Position numbers and translations under genes: made by a program
Assembly: GCA_964549355.1 (NCBI GenBank)
Contig: CAZJUS010000012.1
Coordinates: 1 to 21,289, forward strand
Direction of reading: 5' to 3'
Length of the DNA stretch: 21,289 bases
From: Candidatus Undinarchaeota archaeon
GTDB lineage: Archaea > SpSt-1190
In this document: piece after piece, positions 1 through 6,690 of the stretch
How positions within the stretch are numbered: the first letter of the stretch is position 1
How the letters are laid out: each line of letters opens with the position of its first letter
Notes under the pieces: model-generated
Database searches by the model: none
Told to the model about the DNA's origin: nothing
Seen by the model: the letters and a program-made list of their open reading frames with translations, nothing else

Positions 1-722
1 TAGCTAAAGGGGCTTCAGACATAATTGTTGCCGACGACGACTTTTCAACTTTGGTCGAGGCCATCAAGATGGGGAGGACCATCTATTCAAATATACAAAA
101 ATTCACCGCCTTCCTGCTCAGCTGGAATCTAGGGGTCACCGGCTTGATTCTGCTGAGCGTTCTTGCTTTCGGGGGCGGTGCAGCCGTCCTCCTTCCTCTG
201 CAGATTTTGTTTTTGAATGTAGTCCTTGAAGATCTACCTGCCATCGCTTTGGGGCTGGACACGCCCGAAAAGGATGTCATGAATCTGCCCCCGCGGAATC
301 CAAGAAGCAGGTTCCTCCCAAAAAAAATATGGGTCCTGATTGTGGGATTCGGAAGCTATATGTGCCTGATGAGCCTGGCAGTCTTCCTGCTGTACGCCCA
401 CAGCCTGGAGCTGGCCAGGACCATGGCCTTTGTTGTCTTCTCCTTGTTTGTGATTTTCAATGTTTTCAATTTCAGGTCGCTCCACAAGTCCACCCTGTTC
501 ACTGCCCTGCGGAAAAACCCGATGCTGCTGGGCGCCATCGCGGCATCCTTCGGCCTGACTCTCCTGGCAATGTATACCCCCGGCGGAGCGAGCGTCTTCA
601 AATTCGTGCCCATCAGCATGGACCAGTGGATTTTTGCGGGCCTGGTGGCATTCTCCATCCTCCCCATGGGCGAACTGCTCAAAAAAAGCATATTTAGCTC
701 CAGCGGTGTAAAACAAGTATGA
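1..722 (+). CDS. Cation-transporting P-type ATPase (type II, Ca2+-like), C-terminal part; 5' truncated by window edge
   Basis: Frame is open from position 3: AKGASDIIVADDDFSTLVEAIKMGRTIYSNIQKF (end of the P domain), LLPLQILFLNVVLEDLPAIALG (M6-type segment), MNLPPRNP, then several TM helices. Stop overlaps the next ATG (ATGA, 719-722). Confidence 0.93.
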   Translation, partial: AKGASDIIVADDDFSTLVEAIKMGRTIYSNIQKFTAFLLSWNLGVTGLILLSVLAFGGGAAVLLPLQILFLNVVLEDLPAIALGLDTPEKDVMNLPPRNPRSRFLPKKIWVLIVGFGSYMCLMSLAVFLLYAHSLELARTMAFVVFSLFVIFNVFNFRSLHKSTLFTALRKNPMLLGAIAASFGLTLLAMYTPGGASVFKFVPISMDQWIFAGLVAFSILPMGELLKKSIFSSSGVKQV

Positions 723-2647
723 AACTGAAAATGCTATTCGCAGTTTTTGTAATGCTGGCAGTGGGCTTCGCCCCGAATACGGGCCTGACTGTTGCCGGCG
801 TAGCAAATTCTGCGGGGGACAATATTACCGTTGATGCGACTATGAACTATAGTGGAGGTGCCGTCTCTGCAGTCTTGGAGCCGGTTGTTGTATCTGCACC
901 TGCTGAAAGCAGGTTTGGAGCCTGTGAAATCACAGCGGACAGTGCGGACGGCTACACACTGCTCAAAGCAGTCTGCGGGCTGACGCTCCCAACACCGTGC
1001 CACAAGATTTCATACGGCTGGCTGCCGACCAGGGAAGCCGACAGCTACAAGTTCAAGATTGTGATTGAACAGCAACCGGTTGCTTGTGTCGAGGCCACCA
1101 AGGAAACCACCATCACAGATTCAGTGAAAGTCAGGGAAGCAGCATCGGCCACTTATGAAATAGAATACAGGCCGGCAGTAACAACAACAGCAACATCCGT
1201 TCAAAGCCGGGAAAGAATGGTGGAGGCCCCGAAATCATCCGCAGCACTTTGTGCGAACGACCGGATCCGGCTGGAATCTGAACTTCGAACTCTTTACTTG
1301 AAGCTCGAACGGCTCAGAAGCATGGGCGACCAGACTGCAGCTGAAGAAATCCAAAACATGATTCGGGACTTCAAGCAGAAGCTTGATGAAATGCCTTCAG
1401 TTTCCGACTGCGCCAAGCTGGCATCCGGAGTCGAAACCCCTCTTGCAACAAAAGTGCAGGACAAAATAGACCGGATAAAGGATATGGAGCTGAAGCTGAG
1501 GCTGGTGAACCCCTGCTCAAAGCTGCAGTACCTTGATGAAAAAATAGAGGAGCTGAAACTTGCCCTGGATGAGGAATCCGGCAGCGACGCGGAAGCCGTC
1601 AAGGAAAAGCTCGGAGCCCTCCTGGACATAAGGGAGAAAACAAGCTCCGCATGTGAATCAGCAAAACTGAATGAGGCATGCGTTGCTGCTTTCAAGCTGA
1701 GGTCCAAACTCTCCGACATAAAGGAAAGAATCCAGGATGGAAGCATCAGCGACGAAATCAGCAGAAAAGCCGTTGCAGACATGGTGGGCAATTACGCCAG
1801 GTACCAGGAGAAGTGCTTCACATCGCTCTTGAACGACATGGACGAACACCCGTGCATCACTGCACAGCTTCTCAGGATTCAGGTGGCCAAAATGTCTGAC
1901 GACAACGAAGGTGCAGACGTAATTCCGCTGCTCTATGAGAAAGTCAAGCATTATGAGAATAAATGCAGGGCCAAGAATACAGAGTGGATGAAGGAAACAG
2001 CAAAGAACTTCGGCGAACAGAAGAAGGAGATAGCACTGCGCGTCGGCGAACTTGAGCTCCAGAAGCAGCTCGTTGCCATGGACGAAACCTTGAGTGATGA
2101 GGAGAAAACCCGGCAGATGGGCCGAATTGAGCTGAAGAAAAAAGAGCTCATAATTGATGCCCTCCGGACGCTCAAGCAGGCCAGAGTCTCTGCAACAGTG
2201 AGGACCAAGTTCAGGCCGAACATGGTGGACATCGAGGGGCAGGAGGAAAAGGTCGACAACGTAAGCATAGAACTTCCGACATCGGAGGATGATGCAGAAG
2301 GGACAGGGTTGGTGGCCCGCATCCGGAAGGACAGGGTTGACCTGGTCGGCAGGAAGGCGGTCGTCAGAGTCAGGAACCAGCTGGAGTTTGAAAACGGCGT
2401 CCTGAAATTCGGCAACAAGGAAATCATCCTGCCCGACGAGATGATGGACAAAATCCGGGCTTATGTCGGCGACCTTGAGCTCGTGGACAAAAACGGCACA
2501 GCGTTCTACAATGGGACAGTGAAGAAGAAGGTCCGCCTTTTTGCAATAATCCCCATAAGCATGAATGCGGATGTGGAAATGAATGCAGAAACCGGCGACA
2601 CCACAAGGCTCAGACAGCCCTGGTGGGCGGTGTTTACAGTAGGATGA
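719..2647 (+). CDS. Secreted/surface hypothetical protein, 642 aa, with Cys-paired helical repeats and a C-terminal PepSY-like 'LFAIIP...NAETG...PWW' module
   Basis: N-terminal signal peptide MKLKMLFAVFVMLAVGFA; LPTPCH...C beta-domain; long K/E-rich helical region; C-terminus KKVRLFAIIPISMNADVEMNAETGDTTRLRQPWW resembles a motif I recall from DPANN/CPR surface proteins (recall, not searched). Confidence 0.8.
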   Translation: MKLKMLFAVFVMLAVGFAPNTGLTVAGVANSAGDNITVDATMNYSGGAVSAVLEPVVVSAPAESRFGACEITADSADGYTLLKAVCGLTLPTPCHKISYGWLPTREADSYKFKIVIEQQPVACVEATKETTITDSVKVREAASATYEIEYRPAVTTTATSVQSRERMVEAPKSSAALCANDRIRLESELRTLYLKLERLRSMGDQTAAEEIQNMIRDFKQKLDEMPSVSDCAKLASGVETPLATKVQDKIDRIKDMELKLRLVNPCSKLQYLDEKIEELKLALDEESGSDAEAVKEKLGALLDIREKTSSACESAKLNEACVAAFKLRSKLSDIKERIQDGSISDEISRKAVADMVGNYARYQEKCFTSLLNDMDEHPCITAQLLRIQVAKMSDDNEGADVIPLLYEKVKHYENKCRAKNTEWMKETAKNFGEQKKEIALRVGELELQKQLVAMDETLSDEEKTRQMGRIELKKKELIIDALRTLKQARVSATVRTKFRPNMVDIEGQEEKVDNVSIELPTSEDDAEGTGLVARIRKDRVDLVGRKAVVRVRNQLEFENGVLKFGNKEIILPDEMMDKIRAYVGDLELVDKNGTAFYNGTVKKKVRLFAIIPISMNADVEMNAETGDTTRLRQPWWAVFTVG

Positions 2648-2678
2648 TGCCCTGACGGGCATCTGTTTTATTTTTTTT
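2646..2678 (+). terminator. Hairpin plus T-tract terminator between convergent genes
   Basis: GATGCCC(2646-2652)-TGAC-GGGCATC(2657-2663) perfect 7-bp stem followed by TGTTTTATTTTTTTT, directly at the stop of 719-2647. Confidence 0.75.
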
Positions 2679-3798
2679 AAAATTCCAGCTTGGGCTCAAA
2701 ACTGCTCAGCCGGCTTGTGCCAAAAAAAGCGCTCATCTCATCGATGTGGACGCCCCCGTGCGCCGAGCAGTAGGCCTGGTGCTCTGAGACATAGGGCACC
2801 AGCTCGGAATCGGCCAAGAAGAACAAATCGGTCATCCGCTCCCTGCTTTCGCTCCAGACCTGCTTGCCCATCAATCCGCTGTCGAGCAGCTCCTGCCCAT
2901 CAAAAACATAGCCGAACCTGGAGTATGCCCGGATTATCTTTTCATAGTATTTTGCCTTTGGAGAAATCATAATGTGCCGGGAGCCCCCCATGTTCTCCTG
3001 CCTGAACCAAGAGGGGCGGACCTTGACGGGGCGGTACTGGATTCCCACATGCCCGTGGTCCGAGGCCAGCACCACCAAAGTTTTATCGGCGTTCCTGGAG
3101 GCCTTCAGCTTTTCAACCAGGCGCAGCTTGAGCGCAAGTTCGGTTTGGTAGGCAATTTTGCATCGGGAGCTGTGGAGCAAATCATCAGGAGTTGGAAAAT
3201 AAACAAACGAAAACCCTCTGCCTTTTTTTGAAAGAAACTTTTGGAGGTTCCGGAAGACCTGGCCATGATTCACAAAAGGTACAAGTCTTCCTGAGCCGGT
3301 TATCATTTCAGTGAAAGGCCCCGACGCAAAAGAAAAACTAATATGATGTTCACTGTGAATTCCAAACTCCTGGAGGCGGTCAAAAAGAGTAGGATACGGC
3401 ATTACTTCTTCCGGAGAAACCTCATATGCAAATCCAAAGGGGTCTGTGAAATCCACCGGGCGGAAAATTCCATGCCCTGGAAGCGGAAACTGAAAGCCAA
3501 GTATGCCGTGTTCAGCAGGCTTCAAACCTGTCAGTATCGTCGTGAGGATGGAAGGCGTGGAGCTTGGGATGGCTGAACCGAGTTCTTGGGTTTGGAGCCC
3601 CATTTTGCCAAGCAGTTTTCTATCGGCGAGGTTTTTATAGCCCAAACCGTCCATCAAAATCAGGATTATTTTTTCGTAGACCCCTTCGATTAATCTGCCT
3701 TTTCCATGCCCAAATCCGGACAAAATCTCCCGGGGGATCTCAGAAACGTCATGGCGGAAGCTCGGAATTTCCACAGTTTTCCCCGCCAAATCCTTCAT
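2677..3798 (-). CDS. Alkaline phosphatase superfamily protein (type I phosphodiesterase / nucleotide pyrophosphatase), about 373 aa
   Basis: Motifs LILMDGLG, PSSTPSILTTILTGLKPAEHGILG (Thr nucleophile), YFPTPDDLLH, ASDHGH, SAHGG. Start moved to ATG 3798 (MKDLAGK): TTTTAAAG lies 21-28 nt upstream, and the ORF-track extension is antisense to the acidic gene. Confidence 0.88.
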   Translation of the reverse strand: MKDLAGKTVEIPSFRHDVSEIPREILSGFGHGKGRLIEGVYEKIILILMDGLGYKNLADRKLLGKMGLQTQELGSAIPSSTPSILTTILTGLKPAEHGILGFQFPLPGHGIFRPVDFTDPFGFAYEVSPEEVMPYPTLFDRLQEFGIHSEHHISFSFASGPFTEMITGSGRLVPFVNHGQVFRNLQKFLSKKGRGFSFVYFPTPDDLLHSSRCKIAYQTELALKLRLVEKLKASRNADKTLVVLASDHGHVGIQYRPVKVRPSWFRQENMGGSRHIMISPKAKYYEKIIRAYSRFGYVFDGQELLDSGLMGKQVWSESRERMTDLFFLADSELVPYVSEHQAYCSAHGGVHIDEMSAFFGTSRLSSFEPKLEF

Positions 3799-3818
3799 AT
3801 TCTGGGGAGGGGAGGCGC

Positions 3819-3870
3819 CTTTAAAACCTTGGTTTTGCCAACTGCAAGTGGTTCCGTTAAACTTTAAAAG
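3819..3870. promoter_or_regulatory. Divergent pair of archaeal TATA boxes
   Basis: Minus-strand TTTTAAAG at 3826-3819 ahead of ATG 3798; plus-strand TTTAAAAG at 3863-3870 ahead of ATG 3890. Confidence 0.6.
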
Positions 3871-3889
3871 GGGAGCAGAAGCCATTACC

Positions 3890-4093
3890 ATGGTCAAATC
3901 CTCTGAAGACGAAGAGTTTGAAAATGGGGAGCCGGAAAGGTTTGAAAGCTTCAATGATTCGGAAAACGACACTTCGGATTTCATGAAGGGCATGGAAGAA
4001 GCAGAGGAGCCGGGCGCCGCCCGATGGGACGACGAAGACGAAGAAGACGAGTTCGGCAGGGAATTCGGAGACACCCTGGATGACGAATTTTAG
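3890..4093 (+). CDS. Small, extremely acidic hypothetical protein (67 aa)
   Basis: MVKSSEDEEF...DTLDDEF; 29 of 67 residues are D/E by hand count; TATA 20-27 nt upstream of ATG 3890; T-rich tract after the stop. Confidence 0.72.
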   Translation: MVKSSEDEEFENGEPERFESFNDSENDTSDFMKGMEEAEEPGAARWDDEDEEDEFGREFGDTLDDEF

Positions 4094-4105
4094 GCTTCCA
4101 TTTTA

Positions 4106-4113
4106 TTTTTAAG
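4106..4113 (+). promoter_or_regulatory. Candidate TATA box for the box C/D sRNA
   Basis: TTTTTAAG about 21-28 nt upstream of the sRNA terminal stem at 4134; the T-run may also terminate the upstream gene. Confidence 0.5.
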
Positions 4114-4133
4114 CCTCCGCACATAGGGGGTAC

Positions 4134-4193
4134 TGCCTGTGAAGAGATTGGCTTGACGCTGACTGTGATGAGAAGGAGGTGATATCTGAGGCA
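4134..4193 (+). ncRNA. Archaeal box C/D guide sRNA (dual guide, predicted 16S rRNA targets)
   Basis: TGCC stem (4134-4137); C box GTGAAGA (4139-4145); 13-nt guide GATTGGCTTGACG; D' CTGA (4159-4162); C' GTGATGA (4165-4171); 14-nt guide GAAGGAGGTGATAT; D CTGA (4186-4189); GGCA stem (4190-4193). Canonical order, spacing and ~60-nt size; intergenic. Confidence 0.9.
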
Positions 4194-4200
4194 CTAAAAT

Positions 4201-6663
4201 TCAATCCGTTCCACGCTCAGCAATTTTCTTTTCAATAAATTCCCGGTATTTTGGGATTCCCATCCTTTCCTCCCAGAAGAGCGTTTTTCCTTCCAAGAGC
4301 TGTTTGATCTGGAGCCTCTCCAGATAGTTTCCCGTCATGAAATAAACGACGTGCCTTCTCGCAGTCCGGTTCTCTGCCTCAAGGGTGAAAGTGTCGATGC
4401 GCACCCCTCCGCGGGGATTCAGTTCTCCGGAGAGGGACCTGCCGTATGTCGTTTCGGCCTGAATCGGGGGAGTGATTACATACAGCTCATTGTTTGCAAC
4501 ACCGCACTGCCCCCAATGCGAATCCCCCTGGATTGCAATGTCGCACGGGGGGTTGTTCCTGCAATACTCAATGAAATCGAAGAGAGGGTCTTTGGTCCTC
4601 TTGACCGCCCGATGGTGGAGTTCAATGATGAGTTTTTGGCTATTGCCTGGCAAACTTCCAAATTCAATGGTGCCAGCACCGGTCTCCCCGCCGGGGATTA
4701 CATAGAGCTCCCCGCCACTCTGCAAATAAGCGTCCCGGAACCAGCGCTCAAGGGTCCTTGCCTCATCCTCATTGAAATTGGAACTCTTGTTGGTGTGGTT
4801 CCCCGACACCAATGCCAAAGAGCCCCCCCGCCGGCCGTATTCCTTCAGCGGGCCCCCGATGAACCTCTCGGCATCGTCCTTCTGCTTTTCGATGTCATTG
4901 GTCCCTGCCAGATAGTTGGCCCGCATATTCGTTCCGCGGATATGCCTCAGCTCATAAGGGGTCGGAGTTTCATCGACTCTTGCAATTGGGGGGAGGTGGT
5001 TTCCCTGCCACATGTCCCCTGTTTTTATCCTCAGGTGTATCGGGCGCTCAGTGTATAAACTGTCGATGGCGTACTGGCCGAGGACCTGGGCAATTTCAAT
5101 ACTCAGCATTTCTTGGAGGTCCTCTTCGAGCGTCCTCTTCGTGCCATGCGGGGTTCCGGTATGCTCATCCCCGTCCGCCATCAAAGAAACCAAGTGCTCC
5201 TTTGAATCTGGATGCTTGGCTTTCAACAGCAGGTAATCGGTGGTTATGACTTCATGGCCCACAAAGCCGTCCGGGCCGATGTGGAGAATTGTCGCCCCGC
5301 CCTGGTAGGGGCCTTTCTTCATGGTCTTTACCTCGCGGGCTTCGTAACATTTCTCCACCAAAGAATCAAGGAACTCGGTGGTGTGTTTTACGAGCCGGGG
5401 TATAATTAAAATGCACTTCTCTCCCTTGGAAATTCCATCATGGGCGGTAATCTGGTAGAATCTTCCTCCCCCCCTGTGGGGCCCCATGTCCACAAAATAT
5501 TTCATCGGGTCCTTCTCGCCTTTGGATTTGTTCAGCTTCAGGCGGTCCATGACAAATTCCACTATCCTCGGCACAATGAGCTTCAGTGAACGCTTGGAAA
5601 TAATCCCATTGAAGTTGTTGGACACAAACAACCCGTCTTCTTCATCAAGGTAAGCATCATAAATCTCATAAGTCAGGTCGATGCCTTTTGGAAACGCGCC
5701 CTCCACCAGGTCCTTGTAGACTTTCCGTACAATCTGGTCTCCCGCCATGTCCAGGATTTTGACATCCACCGGGACGCGCCCATAAATCTTTTGCTCCAAT
5801 GCTGTTTTTATTTTGCAGTGCAGGTCATAAATTGTTTCGATTTTCCCTTTCAGATAATCCACGGGGGGAAGCTTTTCCCCATTGGTTTCGGAAGCTCCAT
5901 TCAAGAGGTCCCTCAGGGCATCCAGAGTCTCGTTGATCTTGCTGAAGTCAAAAGCCTCATAATCTTTTCTTCCTTCTTTTTTGAGGGTCGTGACGAGCGA
6001 CTTGGCGTCTTTTACTTTTTTTACACCGCCCTTCTTCCTAAGGTCACTCAGGACATCATCGTCAAGCGAATAGAACCAAAGTTCATTTTTTTCGTGTGTG
6101 AGCCTGTCTGAAATCTTCTTCACTGTGAGTTGCTTTTTTTCAATTTCCTTGATTTTTCTGTTGATGTTTCTGAAGTCATTTTCACTTGGGAGGTAAACAA
6201 CTTCAACCCCCTTCAGGACAGGGACCAGCTTCTTGAATTCTCTTTTGGCAATCCTCCGGACATCTTCAAGGTGCCGGACATAATCCCTGTCGCCGATATT
6301 CTTGAAAGTGCCGTTGTAATACTTGTCATTCACCCCTCCTTCCCCCTTGAAATTGGGTTTATCAAGGATTCGCACGGCTTCCTTTTGCTCCTTGGTGTTT
6401 ACATTGCCCATGTTCGGGAAAATGCCACTCATGATGACCTTATCGACAGGATTCTCCTTCAAATACTCCACCAGCCCGTCCATGATTTCAGGATCATAGA
6501 AATAAGTCCCAATCCCGGGGGTGAAGTTTACGAAAAGGATTTTCTTGGTGTCCAACTCGTCGGGGAGGACCTCTTTTGCCCACTCTTTCAGAGTCTCTCT
6601 GGAAAAATGCTCATCAGTAACTTGAACAGGCATAGAATTTATGGACTGGGGATATTTATGCAA
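4201..6663 (-). CDS. Large hypothetical protein with a C-terminal calcineurin-like metallophosphoesterase domain and a degenerate N-terminal copy (810-820 aa)
   Basis: C-terminal motifs in order: DGDEH, TGDMWQG, SGNH, ELHH, QGDSH. The true start may be ATG 6633 (MPVQV), which has ATAAATAT about 19-26 nt upstream. Confidence 0.8.
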   Translation of the reverse strand: MHKYPQSINSMPVQVTDEHFSRETLKEWAKEVLPDELDTKKILFVNFTPGIGTYFYDPEIMDGLVEYLKENPVDKVIMSGIFPNMGNVNTKEQKEAVRILDKPNFKGEGGVNDKYYNGTFKNIGDRDYVRHLEDVRRIAKREFKKLVPVLKGVEVVYLPSENDFRNINRKIKEIEKKQLTVKKISDRLTHEKNELWFYSLDDDVLSDLRKKGGVKKVKDAKSLVTTLKKEGRKDYEAFDFSKINETLDALRDLLNGASETNGEKLPPVDYLKGKIETIYDLHCKIKTALEQKIYGRVPVDVKILDMAGDQIVRKVYKDLVEGAFPKGIDLTYEIYDAYLDEEDGLFVSNNFNGIISKRSLKLIVPRIVEFVMDRLKLNKSKGEKDPMKYFVDMGPHRGGGRFYQITAHDGISKGEKCILIIPRLVKHTTEFLDSLVEKCYEAREVKTMKKGPYQGGATILHIGPDGFVGHEVITTDYLLLKAKHPDSKEHLVSLMADGDEHTGTPHGTKRTLEEDLQEMLSIEIAQVLGQYAIDSLYTERPIHLRIKTGDMWQGNHLPPIARVDETPTPYELRHIRGTNMRANYLAGTNDIEKQKDDAERFIGGPLKEYGRRGGSLALVSGNHTNKSSNFNEDEARTLERWFRDAYLQSGGELYVIPGGETGAGTIEFGSLPGNSQKLIIELHHRAVKRTKDPLFDFIEYCRNNPPCDIAIQGDSHWGQCGVANNELYVITPPIQAETTYGRSLSGELNPRGGVRIDTFTLEAENRTARRHVVYFMTGNYLERLQIKQLLEGKTLFWEERMGIPKYREFIEKKIAERGTD

Positions 6664-6690
6664 TTCTTAAAATCAAAAACATGCATTCCA

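Noticed and set aside
3799..4074. Ser-rich N-terminal extension of the pyrophosphatase ORF
   Set aside because: It is the antisense read of the GAA/GAC-rich acidic gene; TATA position supports ATG 3798.
4173..4183. AAGGAGGTGAT as a ribosome-binding site for a missed plus-strand gene
   Set aside because: No start codon at SD distance and the downstream sequence is antisense to the 820-aa gene; the motif sits exactly between C' and D boxes.
4201..6663. Orthology to Mre11 or PolD small subunit DP1
   Set aside because: Mre11 has its nuclease domain at the N-terminus, DP1 motifs (GDxxDG, PGNHD, GHxH) are only loosely matched, and the tandem architecture fits neither.
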